From assembly GCA_965649825.1 (NCBI GenBank), contig OZ287709.1:124001-188000 (forward strand): a stretch of DNA of 64,000 bases. The letters are read 5' to 3'. This document shows, piece by piece, positions 11,616 through 23,253 of the stretch. The notes under the pieces were generated by a model that made no database searches, had not been told where the DNA came from, and saw nothing but the letters and a program-made list of their open reading frames with translations. This DNA comes from Penicillus capitatus. Its lineage: Eukaryota > Plantae > Chlorophyta. A program made the translations under genes and the position numbers. The first letter of the stretch is position 1. Each line of letters begins with the position of its first letter.

Positions 11616-13418
11616 ATGCTCAACACCGAAGCACGACTCTCTAGTGCTCTTCTTTCCTTCCAACCACTACGCGCGTGCGTAAAGAGAAAACCTACACGCC
11701 TTCATACTTGCATTCGAAGCTATAATGCTGCACTCGATGTCCAATTGCAATTGGCAGCGTCGTCGGATCTACTGGACCTCAGCGAGTCGGATCTGCAGGA
11801 GGTGCCTACCGAGATCTTCGACCTACAGAACCTGACGGAACTCTCTCTGGCGGGAAATGCACTGTCACATCTGCCTGCCGAGATTTCCAAGCTTACCCGT
11901 CTTCAGAAGCTTCAACTCGCTGGAAATGCTCTTCGGGAGCTCCCGGAGGAGATCGGGGCATTGACAGATCTGCAAGGATTCTGGATACATGGCAATTTCT
12001 TGGAGAAACTTCCAGAGTCGTTTGGAAATCTGGCAGGACTCCAAAAATGCTCCCTCTCTGGCAACAGACTGCAAACGCTGCCATCCACTCTGTCACTTGC
12101 AACGGGATTGATAGAGCTAGAGGCAGCTGGTAATCAGCTGAAAAGACTGCCGACCCTAGAGGGATTGCAACATTTACAGAAGCTCACACTGCACGGGAAT
12201 GATTTAGCAGAGCTGCCAGATTCCATTCTATCTTGCCTTTGTCTTCAGAGCCTGGCTCTACAAGGAAATGCCATCGACAAGATTTCCAGTTCTGGTTGCT
12301 TTTTTCCTCAAGGACTAACATCGCTAAACATCGCTGACAATCAACTTCGATGCCTGGCCTGCGATATCAGCAATCTGATAGAGCTGGAGGACTTGACATT
12401 GTATGGTAATCAGCTGAACACACTCCCTGCAGGTCTATTCGATCTTCCCAAACTCAAAGCGGTATGGCTGGAGGGCAATCCACTCGATGCGGCGACTCTA
12501 AGAGAAGTGATCGTCAAGAAGACTGTCAAGGTCGGATTGGATCTGAAACAATGGGCGTCTTCGGGCCAGTCTCAGTCCAACAATACTTTGGTGTCCTTCA
12601 GTCAAGTCCCGACATCTTATCAAAAAGGCTACTTCAAGTTGATCCGAGATCAGCAGGACCAGGCTTCAGATATGGTCGTCATTGCCTTTGGTAGTGCACC
12701 AGGGACGCCAAACTGGGGCTCTGTTCTGCGAAAAGTGAAAGAGAGAAGCCATACCAAGCCATCAACAAAACGGCATTCCTTTGAATCGTCCAGAATTCTG
12801 GACGATCAAAAAAGGACAGACGTGAAATTCGATGTGCTGTTTGTCGTCGATCCATCGAGATCTTGGTACGGTGCAGGCGATGCCGAGTTCGAGAGATATA
12901 CAACAGTTTTGCAAGACATCTGTGCTGCCTATCCCCATCGCGTGATGATAGGTCGCGTCATTTATCAGAGAGATGATGGTAGATTGGTCACTTTCCTGTC
13001 TCTAGGAGATTCGATGGGCGCATCGGCTGCACTGCTGTTCTCAGATCTCGCAACATATGTTCTCGCCTTCTGTCCTCAAATCGACCTGTCCTCGGCATCC
13101 ATTCGACCTGCACACTCGCCACAGCAATGGTCTGCTCTTAAACAACAGATCGAGAGCAAAGTGGAGCAGACATCGGCCAATATCAACGTCATCTCTTTAA
13201 TAAATCCTCACGCTATACACAGGCGTGTTCCGTAGGTCGTCACCGGGACATGGAGTCATGACATGGCTCAAATCCGGCATCTCAATAAAGACAAGATCCG
13301 GCACTCTGTGATCCATGTTGACACGCATCGACTAACGGCCTATCTGGAACGCCGTCAAGAACTCGTTCCTCTAATTCGACGTGCACTGACAGATGAACTC
13401 TCAGAGATATCTAGTTGA
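11616..13418 (+). CDS. Leucine-rich-repeat protein with C-terminal alpha/beta-hydrolase-like domain
   Basis: About ten LxxLxLxGNxL repeats, then VVIAFGSAPG..NWG, FDVLFVVDP and the GDSMG nucleophile elbow. The last exon after the intron ending 13235 gives ...HD...DTHRL...* (TGA 13416-13418). Confidence 0.8.
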
Positions 13419-13598
13419 CAGACGTTTAATGATAAGATCTCTATGAGTTTCTCTATCTAATCCAAAGAATGATAAGTTGGTTCTCTCCTTTGACCGTTCC
13501 GGGATCACCAACAACAAAAACGATACCCAAAACCGTTATTCATCAACAACATATCCAATATAGAGGAGGAAATCCCAGATACTGCGGTCAACAGATGT

Positions 13599-16460
13599 CT
13601 ATTTAAATAGAACCTGAACGTCATTGTCCAGCGATGCTGTCTGCTCGATATCCACAGTCAATTCTCCACTTCCCCTTTCGTATTGGAAAGGCACACTGCT
13701 GGCATTCACCCACACATCGACGGGTTTCTTGCTCGAGTACATGAGAAAGGTGCCGCATCCTTTGATAGAGATATCAAAGAGCGTGCATCGATCCGTCGTT
13801 GTCATTTCCAGCAGTTGCAGTTGCGATGCAGGGTTCTGTTTTGAATGGTCGTTATCTTCGCCTCTATGGCTCCATTCAATTTGCAGCTGACTCACTTTCA
13901 CACGTCTTCCGGCACAAGATCGCACCGCTCCTGAGCCATTGAGAAGGTGTGGAAAACCGATGGCAGCGAAATCCACTCGAGCCACCCGTAAGACAGGAGT
14001 GAAGGACACGATCTCGCTGCCGTAAGCGGGAAGCTCAACACAGAGGCAGATATCTTCCCCGCCCACAAAAAACTGTTTCTTACGGAAAGCGTAGGCCACA
14101 TACTTTCCATTGAATAGACGATGCTCTTCGGCCATCGATGCCAAACACTCCACATCGTGTGGACTCACTCTGGCTTGCAGACTCGGTGGTTTGGCATTGT
14201 GTGTCCTGAACTGCCTGAGCTGCCGATCCCACGAAGCTCCTTGCAAATTGAAGACGCCCACGATTCCCGAAAGCGCATTTCTGGTCCAGACCTTCAACAG
14301 CGTGCGGCCGTCCTTGAGCGTATTGCGAAAGAGGCAATCTCTTGTGGGTCGTCCAGGCAACTGAGGACGAAGAATGGATCCGTCTGGCAGCACGAGCTGC
14401 GAGAGGATCTCAAAGTTGTGCTGATCTGGTTTGTCACTGATATAGATGGCACCTCCACTCACTGTCCTGGCAGCTGCATGGAGATCTGCCGCTCCATGCT
14501 TGGTCTGAAACATGTCCCAGTCGGGTTGCACCAGTGGGGCCAGAAACAACGAGTTGTATGCACAGTTTGCGATGTGAGGTGTCGTCGAGGCTGGATCTCT
14601 AGGATAGAAGTCATCTGATGCTCTAGCTATGGCAGTGTTCAGCATTCTGTAAAGATTCTCTGTTGAATGACACATGCAATTGATGACATGGTTCCCAGGA
14701 AAATGCTTCTCCACTGATTCCTCCAGTGCCATGTGCCACTTGTACGCCAATGCGGCGCCTCCGCCCAGGACACTCCCAATCATACCCACCCCTGCCTGGG
14801 CATCGACCTTGACACCGGTAGCTCCGGCAGATTTGAGATAATCATGCATGTCTAGGTACAGCTGTTCTGGACAGTCGACAACGCCCACGCCTCCGACCAC
14901 AGAAGGATTCCATGCCAAGGATGGCTCGACTTCCAGTATCCCAGGTGTGGGTTTTGCTTTTAGGACGCGTGGATGGTACTTTGCCATGGCTGGTTCCTCT
15001 TGACTGATGCCACTCCAGTATGCGGACATCCCGTGCCAGAGGTAGACATAGGCAACGCCCATTTCTGTCTTGAGAAATCGGATCACCTCTGCCAGATTCT
15101 CTTTTCGATTCCATTTCTTATCTTCAGCTGCATTCGGAGACGAAAACTTTCCGTTTGCCTTGACAGAGACAAGACGTCGACTGAAATCCCCAGCCATCGC
15201 ATAGAAATTGAGCAGAGGCTTGCGCAACGGACCGTTTGCTAAATATGTAAACATTCGTACTCGGGTGGATCCTGGAGGGGCTTTGTCCACCAACCACTCG
15301 TAGGCCAAAAGACAAGCAGATGACATGAAGCCCACCAGAGATCCAACCATGCGCTGAATCATGCTCACCGCTGCTTTCACTTCCTCTTCCTTCTCATCGT
15401 ACTCATCTTCGTCTTCTTCCACGCCACTGGGCTGAGGACCCATGGCAGACAACGTTGGCATCACGACATTTGCTGTTTGATGCGGTAAATGTGCCGATGC
15501 CTCTGCTAATACCTCTGTCTCAGCAAGGGTACATTCGGCTTCCGTTTCGTATTGTTTTGGCAGCTTAAGTGGCTCTGTTGGTGCCATCTGCTCGGCCTGA
15601 TCGAGAGCGGTCGTTTGCCAACCGTCGTCGATGATGAGCAGCTTGGGAGGAAAACCGCCGTCTTTTAGCGTCTGCAGCCCTTCCTTGATCCCTTTGGCTG
15701 AGACAGTACTGTAGAAGGCATCCCATGTGCACCATCCAAAAGCATCTAACGATTCCGGCAAGGTCTTTTCGGTTCGTGGTCTGGCCCCTCCCGAGAGCTT
15801 AGCTGCAGAGATAACAGCCCGGTCGACTAAGGAATAGGGATTCCATCCTGCAGCGACGTAGAGAATGGAGTTAAATTTGTTTGCCTTGACGCTCTCATCT
15901 CCACTCTCCACCCGCAGTATCATCTCCTGATCTCCAAAAGGGAGATACCTGTCACATCGCTCACCCATCATACGAGTTACGCATCGAGGACAGTACTTTG
16001 GTGGACGAATGGTCGCGCGATAGACGCTTCTGTCAATCAACGGTAGCAGAATGGCATAGGGTCCCCCCTCTCGCACTTCCATCAACAGAAACTGCGTTTC
16101 TGGTGTCAGGTCTCGAGCCGAACTCCCCCATTCAGGTGTCATCCACCAGAGCTTGCAACGTGCCGATGACACAAATCTCTCGCAGTCCAGTTTGCCTAGT
16201 GTAAAATCTTCCATGTGTGTCATTCCATTCTTGGAATTGAATCCCAACACCACGTCTCCCTCGAGTGACTCGGACTGATTCAAGAACGCAGCAGCATCAA
16301 CACCTTCCACCAGTGTCAGTCCCAGATGCGTCACCACGTTTCCATCATGAAAGGACAAAGGAATCCTGTCACATCGTTCCTCAGATTTCGCTGCTGCTTC
16401 TGGAGAGGCGAGTTCCACAAAATTCACGCCTGAACTTTCGCCTAGATCATCATCACACAT
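13599..16460 (-). CDS. Raffinose synthase / seed-imbibition-type alkaline alpha-galactosidase (GH36)
   Basis: Motifs KLWWMTPEWG, FGWCTWDAFY, LLIIDDGWQ, GVKVDAQ, NCMCHS, RASDDFYP and PDWDMFQ. At least one in-frame short intron is probably included in the ORF. Confidence 0.93.
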   Translation of the reverse strand: MCDDDLGESSGVNFVELASPEAAAKSEERCDRIPLSFHDGNVVTHLGLTLVEGVDAAAFLNQSESLEGDVVLGFNSKNGMTHMEDFTLGKLDCERFVSSARCKLWWMTPEWGSSARDLTPETQFLLMEVREGGPYAILLPLIDRSVYRATIRPPKYCPRCVTRMMGERCDRYLPFGDQEMILRVESGDESVKANKFNSILYVAAGWNPYSLVDRAVISAAKLSGGARPRTEKTLPESLDAFGWCTWDAFYSTVSAKGIKEGLQTLKDGGFPPKLLIIDDGWQTTALDQAEQMAPTEPLKLPKQYETEAECTLAETEVLAEASAHLPHQTANVVMPTLSAMGPQPSGVEEDEDEYDEKEEEVKAAVSMIQRMVGSLVGFMSSACLLAYEWLVDKAPPGSTRVRMFTYLANGPLRKPLLNFYAMAGDFSRRLVSVKANGKFSSPNAAEDKKWNRKENLAEVIRFLKTEMGVAYVYLWHGMSAYWSGISQEEPAMAKYHPRVLKAKPTPGILEVEPSLAWNPSVVGGVGVVDCPEQLYLDMHDYLKSAGATGVKVDAQAGVGMIGSVLGGGAALAYKWHMALEESVEKHFPGNHVINCMCHSTENLYRMLNTAIARASDDFYPRDPASTTPHIANCAYNSLFLAPLVQPDWDMFQTKHGAADLHAAARTVSGGAIYISDKPDQHNFEILSQLVLPDGSILRPQLPGRPTRDCLFRNTLKDGRTLLKVWTRNALSGIVGVFNLQGASWDRQLRQFRTHNAKPPSLQARVSPHDVECLASMAEEHRLFNGKYVAYAFRKKQFFVGGEDICLCVELPAYGSEIVSFTPVLRVARVDFAAIGFPHLLNGSGAVRSCAGRRVKVSQLQIEWSHRGEDNDHSKQNPASQLQLLEMTTTDRCTLFDISIKGCGTFLMYSSKKPVDVWVNASSVPFQYERGSGELTVDIEQTASLDNDVQVLFK

Positions 16461-17000
16461 GACATGACGGCTGTGTCAGAATCGTCATCTGTACTGTATT
16501 GCATGCGTCGTTGTGTGACAGAACTCGCGAAGACGTGATATCCATATCTCCTGCGACGAAGCACTCGCCCATATCCATACCTAAAAGACAAAGAGATGAC
16601 AGGTGACGTGAAAGCAACGGGTACCGTTTGAGTCGGTAGTTCCACCCGGGTCGACGTCGCAATACGAAGGCGGTGGGCACCACGCTTCGTTTCAGGGCGA
16701 ATCCCGCCCTATTCACTTCCAAAAAAGAAGTCATTCGTCGAGAGGTATCGACAGGCACAGCTATTGTACAAAACTTCCAAAAACGGTTTCCAAAATCTGT
16801 TGCTGATTACGGCGAATTCCGAGCACTGAGTTCGGGCAGGTGTTGGAAATGCTGGCTTTATATCTCGAGGAGGTGGATCGATGCAAGGCTGACGCCAAAG
16901 CCAACGTGGTCTGACGCACGTGGGATGCTAATGAGGCCGTCCATCAATGTGTCATGCGTTCATTCGGTGCGTTATTTGGGGTTGGCCTTCCTCCGCTCAA

Positions 17001-17306
17001 ATGGGACGTTCGAACTTCCTTCTTACAGCAGGTGGCATCCTAACAACGCCTCTGCGTGATGCCTTGTTGTTTTAGCCGCCATGGCGGGAATCTACTATAT
17101 GTTGAAAACCGACGTGCGGCCAGGCCTTACCATGTTGCGTAAGAATATGGGTCACCTCAAAGCTTGGTGGGAAGAGACAGCAGAGACTTCCAAAAAGTGT
17201 GATCTGGTCGATGTTACTCTTTTTATTGATGTGACGTGTGGTAAGAGAGGCGGATCGAGAAGTCAAAGAAATGGATAAGACAGAAGAAAAAGATAAGACG
17301 ATGTAA
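17001..17306 (+). CDS. Small three-exon protein of unknown function with N-terminal hydrophobic segment
   Basis: Exon 17001-17031, intron to 17075, then AAMAGIYYMLKTDVRPGLTMLRKNMGHLKAWWEE... and a charged tail ending TAA 17304-17306. Confidence 0.55.
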
Positions 17307-17398
17307 GATGTCATGTACGTGCGTTCGTTCGTTCGTTCGCTTACACGAAGTGTCGTGTTCTGAGCTGATTCGCTATATTCATCCGCACGGTCTCGACG

Positions 17399-19285
17399 AT
17401 GAAGTTCCTCAATCGACTGAAATCCGTCGACTTCTACAAGAAACTCCCAAAGTCTGACAGCACTCTGTGGCGCGGTGGGTCGTGTGTGACGCCGCATTGT
17501 TCAGTGACTTGACGGAGGCCACTCTGGCTGGTGCCTGGATTTCGATAGCGGCGGCGATACTTATCGCTTCTCTCATTGGACTTGTACTTCAGTCTCACTC
17601 TTTTCTTTACTCTTCTCATTCATTGAACGAGACAGGAGCTGACAGATTATCTCAGTCTGAAGACAAAGTCGGACATGGTGGTCGACCGCAGCCGTCCGGG
17701 AGAACTGCTCAGGATTAACTTCAACTTAAGGTCACACTTTAGGCATGTGTGAACAGCCTCTATCTTATCGCTTGCAGTTTTCCGGCCTTGTCTTGCGAAT
17801 TTGCTACGGTGGATGTCAGCGATGCGTTAGGAACAGTATCAGACATCTCTGCATCGATCGAACCGTTTTCTCACCGTCTGCCCTGTTGTGTAGAAAAAGA
17901 TCAATCTGACGAAGACCGTACGGAAAACACCGATCGATTTCGATCTGCAGAAAGCGGGAGCCACTTCGGACGATCGAAAGCGAAAAGAGCCAAAATACGA
18001 TGAATGGGTTCCTTCTTCGCCTGCACTCCTTATGACACACATCTTTATTCCCTTTCTCTGAGACAGGAGGACTTTGATTACGAGGAAGTGGACGTTTCGT
18101 TGCCGATCAATACAAAAAACTTTGAGCATACGGTCAATCATTACCCCATAGGTGCTATCCCCGTCACACCTTATGAACACGTCACGTCCTGAATCTGCCG
18201 TACAGTTTTGGTGAATTTCTATGCTCCGTGGTGTCCTTGGTGCCAAAGACTGGAGCCTTCATGGGATGCCGCGACGAAAGAGATCCACGATAAATATCCC
18301 GAAACAGATGGACGTATTCGTTTGGCAAAGGTATTCACTCAGTCGGTACAAGCTCCCGTAGATGAAGGTGTGTGCAATGTCAGGTCGACTGCACGCAAGA
18401 TACGGAACTGTGTCGGAGTCATCAGATCACGGGATTTCCTTCGATTCGCGTCTACCGCAAGGGACATGATGACGTCTACGTTCAGAATCATCACGTGCAT
18501 GAGAGCTATCTCGGCCATCGCACAAAAGAAGCACTCATTGAATTTGCAGACAGTCTCATTCCTTCTGCTGGAAATCCGCACATGCACCATCCGGAAACGC
18601 AGAGGATGGCGCAACACTCAGGATGCAATCTTGCCGGTCATTGCGCATCTTGGCTCACTACATATGGGAAAAAGAGTGAGATTTAGGTTTTGTACTGGCG
18701 AAGAAAGTTCCTGGAACATTACACTTCTTGGCCAAAGCACCCGGCACATCCTTCGATCACGAATGGATGAATATGACCCATTATGTCCATCATCTTTATT
18801 TTGGCACCCGTCCCTCGCCCTATCGTTACAACTTCCTGCGGAAGATGCATCCTTTGGGTCTTCAGAGTGACTGGGCAGATAAGATGCAGGGACAAGAATT
18901 CATTTCGATCAACACACAGTCCATTCACGAACACTATATCCAGGTACACGCCCTCTGCTCCATCGTGATGCTGTATGGGCTGTTGCAGGTTGTGTTGACG
19001 ACGATCGAAGCAGGTTCTGGGAGTTCTTTTACAGATTTTAATTCCTACGAGTATACGGTGCACAGTCACGCTTATACCTCTGAATCCATCCCAGCCGCCA
19101 AGTTCAGTTATCATCTCTCACCCATCCAGATCGTTGTGAAGCAAGAGCCACGCGAGGTCTACAAATTCGTGACATCTCTATGTGCCATCATCGGAGGCGT
19201 CTTCACTGTTGCGGGTATTCTGGATTCGATCGTTTATCAAGGGGTAAAAATTGCAAAGAAGATCGAGCTGGGGAAACAGAACTAA
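17399..19285 (+). CDS. ERGIC/Erv46-type membrane protein with thioredoxin domain (PDIL5-3/5-4-like)
   Basis: N-terminal LKSVDFYKKLP.DLTEATLAG (ERGIC_N), thioredoxin site FYAPWCPWCQRL, ITGFPSIR, and C-terminal COPIIcoated_ERV motifs FSYHLSPIQ and LCAIIGGVFTVAGILD...KKIELGKQ. Confidence 0.9.
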
Positions 19286-19672
19286 GAGATGCTGTGATGC
19301 ATTGCTGTGTGCCATCGATCTCGAGCGAATATCTTAGAGTGTAAGGTACACGGCAGAGTGGCGCTGTTGGCACTGTCATCTAACCCCTCGTACCGATAGG
19401 GCGCGTGCGCAACAGCCCTTTGCACTCCGTTCTGCAGAAAATGATCATTCACACCAAACGGCACTGAATGGCACCGCCATTGGCGCTCACACGAATTAAA
19501 AAGAGCGTAGGCCAGGATAGGAAATCGGTTGATCGTATGGAGTGAGTGCGATGAAAACGGAAACGTCCCATCAAAGGAACTTCGTCGTGCTGCCGGACAA
19601 GGAATCAGCAACGAATCGTTGCGCAAGAATACCAGTCTCTATTCACGACAGCACCAAGGAAAGCAGGCAGTG

Positions 19673-21112
19673 ATGGAGTCCCCAAGTTCGTCGATACAGA
19701 ACTCCGAACAGCAGCGACTCGTTCCGCTGTCGGTGTCCTACCAAAACGGTATCGACGTTCCATCCCTGCTACGAAAAATGCACAAGCGCCTGTTGCCTAT
19801 CTGTGTCCTCATTCTCGTCTTTGCGAACATCGACCGAGGCAATCTCGGCTTCGTCGCGAATCAACTGTGCCGTGACCTAGACCTGACCCAGACGCAGTAT
19901 GGTATAGGGGCCAGCATCTTCTTTGTGGGAATCCTCTTCTCTCGCATTCCAAGCAATCTCGCCATGCGCTATTTCGGCGGGCCATTGTGGTTAGCGATCA
20001 TTGTCTTCTCGTGGGGCATTCTGGCCACCGCCCTCGCTTTCATCACACACGTTTACCATTACTACTCGATTCGATTTCTGTTGGGCATTGCTGAGGGCGG
20101 CGCTTTTCCGGGAGTCTGGTACTATGTCACGATGTTCTTTCCGGATGATCATCTCACATTTCCTTATGCGTTTACCTCCAGTGCTGCTCCAATTGGAAGC
20201 GCATTGGCCGGTCCTCTGACGACCATGTTCACGCTGACGGAAGGTCTGTTTGGCATCGAATACTGGAGATACCTCTTTTTCGTCGAAGGAATCGTCCCGG
20301 CAATGATCGCTCCCTTTCTGTACTACACGCTTCCACGAGACATCGAATCTGCATCGTTTATCCAGCCGCACGAGCGTCTCTGGCTTCAGACCAAGAGAAA
20401 CCGTCTGCACGATGGGAAGTATCGCACCTTCCTGGAGGAGCTACAGATCCTGGTCATGCGTTCTTCCTTCTGGCTCTTCAACTGCTTTTCCGTCGTGCAT
20501 CTCGTCCTCTTTACCGTCGTTCTGTACTGGACGACGCTGATGATCGAGGACAGCTTTGCCGACGACGAGAAAAAAGACTCTGAAACGTGTGCGTCTTCGC
20601 GTTCTTTGGGCCTGGTCTCCATCATCCTCACTTCTGTCGTCTTCATCACATGCACCGTCGTGACTGGAGTTCTGGGATGGTTGGCCAGGAAGTCCACCAA
20701 CCGAAACCGCATCGCCGGCTGGATAACAGTCATCGGCGGCGTTTCCATGGCGCTGTGGACAGTCGGCAATCTGGTGCACAGAGTGCTGGGTCTGATCTTG
20801 TTGACCATTGTCGCCTGTGCCATGAATGCACCGACATCTGTGGCAGTGAGTCTGTATGTGAGTGCCTTCGATGCTCGTATGAAATCGACTGCCCTGTCTG
20901 TTATGTCCACCATTGCCACATTGGGTGGACTCTTTGGACCCGTCTTAGTCGGCGCCATCGTCGACCATTACGATAACTACCACGCAGCTTCGGTAGTTGT
21001 TGGCGTTATTGGTATACTGGGCGGATGCTCGGTTCTGATGATACAAGATCCGTTGAAGAAATCGGGGAACAGCGAGAGCGAAAGGGAGGAATGTGATTTG
21101 CGCACGGCGTGA
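19673..21112 (+). CDS. MFS transporter, anion:cation symporter (TtuB/Dal5-like), intronless
   Basis: RKMHKRLLP, IDRGNLGF, IPSNL, RFLLGIAEGGAFPG and WRYLFFVEG; about 12 hydrophobic segments. Confidence 0.9.
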   Translation: MESPSSSIQNSEQQRLVPLSVSYQNGIDVPSLLRKMHKRLLPICVLILVFANIDRGNLGFVANQLCRDLDLTQTQYGIGASIFFVGILFSRIPSNLAMRYFGGPLWLAIIVFSWGILATALAFITHVYHYYSIRFLLGIAEGGAFPGVWYYVTMFFPDDHLTFPYAFTSSAAPIGSALAGPLTTMFTLTEGLFGIEYWRYLFFVEGIVPAMIAPFLYYTLPRDIESASFIQPHERLWLQTKRNRLHDGKYRTFLEELQILVMRSSFWLFNCFSVVHLVLFTVVLYWTTLMIEDSFADDEKKDSETCASSRSLGLVSIILTSVVFITCTVVTGVLGWLARKSTNRNRIAGWITVIGGVSMALWTVGNLVHRVLGLILLTIVACAMNAPTSVAVSLYVSAFDARMKSTALSVMSTIATLGGLFGPVLVGAIVDHYDNYHAASVVVGVIGILGGCSVLMIQDPLKKSGNSESEREECDLRTA

Positions 21113-21681
21113 CAGACGTGTTTGTTGTCTGTCCATCCGTCTGAGTGTTCCGTCCATCAATAAGCGTCCTCCATAAGAGCACATCGATGTGACGTGATGA
21201 CGCTCGTCGACACATGTCTTTCGTAAAAATCAATGGCAGAAGCTCCGAACATCGCATTCACTACGTTGCGCCTCGATGTCGGATGTCTCTATCGTAGCCA
21301 GCTGCGCTTGTGATAGGGGGAGACGTCGAAACCGACCGAAGCTCCAAGGGTGGCGGCGTGTATGGAGATGACAGTCTGTTGTCGTCCGTGAGATCAGCGA
21401 CGGACGTCGACTTGTCTTTCTCGATGCGCTGTGCGACATGAAAGAACATTTATTACATCGTCGACGGTTTGATCGTTACGGTGTCTTTGACGGGCATTTC
21501 TGGGATTGTCACAAAACGTGGCGGTTTCGGACATCTTCTCATGGAAACGCGGGCAAAGGCGAAGGTACCCTCTCTCCTAACACATACACCGCTGACACTT
21601 ATTCATCCTCTTTAGCAAGCCCCACCTCCGACGACAGAAACCCCGTCGCTTGACGCTTCAAGTTCGATCGGCCTTTCGCAG

Positions 21682-23209
21682 ATGGCGCATCCTATACAAA
21701 CGCTTTTATTGTATACAGCGACGAGACGGTCGGAAGTGGCGGGATCTCGATGTCCATCGGGGGAGGCAACAGAAGCGGTGCCCCGTCTTCGGGCAAAACC
21801 GCGCGGAAAGCTGACAGCCGAAGCCATCAAGGCGGAACTGACAGCGCTCAAGAATCCAGTCAAGACACCGCCGCCGCCGCCGCCAGCAGAACGACCGACC
21901 ACACCGCTGAAGCCCATTGCGCGACGATTGACCGCACCTGTACATGAGAGTCCCAATAAACCAGCAGCACTACCTCTGAAATACAGTCAACTGTTAGAAA
22001 TGTTTAGTAAGCATCCTCGCACGTCACATCATCTTCAGATCGAATTCTCGATGCTGTCAGAGCATTTACAAATGGTCTATCGCATTCGTACAACGAAGAG
22101 TATTTTCTTAACCTTTGCCGATGCCAAGGCTGCTATCCAGAAAGCCACACGAAAGACCTTCTCGGTAAGGACAGACGATGTCATACAGGACGACCATTCA
22201 TGCACCTCTGTCATCATAGATCAAGCATCTGGCGAAAATGAAGTATATGATACCCGAGATACTGCAGTGGCAGTATATGGAAGGCACGAGCGATACCTTG
22301 GCATCGGCACGACTGATTATCCGTCTGGAACCGCTCTCCGGAAACGACCGTGGAGGCATGGAAGACATGGCGATGTATGGAGAACTGCGAAATCGTTTGG
22401 CGCGTCACGCCCGACGCGCTGCCCTCATTGGCAAAGAGACTGAAGAGATTCCGGAGGCCGAACTGCCCGATCCATCCCTCTCTGTCCTCGTCTCGACCAG
22501 CAAAGCCCTCTCGGGGCGTTCCTGGTCTAACGCTTCATCGGGATACCGTTCCAAATCCCCGTCCAGTGTCAAACCACGACGCAAGACGTCTTCCTTCACG
22601 CCGATCAAACGCCTTGAGATGTGCTCGAATTTTGAGACGCCGAGGCGACTGACGTCAGTGACAGAGGTGACAGAAGGCGGCGGAGAATCGAGCTGGTCGA
22701 AACCGGTGACGCCTCACAGTGGAACTGCCGCTTCCCTTTTCTCTCCCTGCAGTCATAATCGAGGCATCCTCCGCGAGAGTTTCAAGAGACGTATGCTGAT
22801 GTCGCCGAGCAAAGTCAAGGAACGTGCACGGCATCATGCCATGGCCAATCTCATCACAGCCTTGAACGATATCCGTGCCGTCTTCCATCGTTTCAAGACG
22901 ACAAAGCGTCCCCTAAAAGACGTCCTCCACGCCATGCGTATCCACACCAAGAGCAAATACACAGAAGAAGCAGCGCAGCTGCATTTGCAGTTGCTTCTGG
23001 AGTACGCCCCTCAGTTTGTGTGTCTCGATGGCGATGCCGATGGGAAAGAGATTCTCTCCATCAACAAGGAATGCAATCTGCCTGCTATCAAAGAGATGCT
23101 CAAAGAAATGGCAGAGCAGCGTCCCAAGGTCGAAATCTCGGATGCCGTGGTGGAGAAACGCCTTTCTGAACTCGACATGTTCCAACAACAGAATCAGGAC
23201 GGTGAATGA
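21682..23209 (+). CDS. CDT1: DNA replication licensing factor Cdt1-like
   Basis: Pro/Lys-rich N-terminus, LPLKYSQLLEMF, TFADAKAAIQKATRKTF...HLAKMKYMIPE, and C-terminal winged-helix-like HLQLLLEYAPQF. Confidence 0.8.
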
Positions 23210-23253
23210 AGGGACATGTCACGATCGCATGCGTTCGTCTCTTTTTTTGCCTG

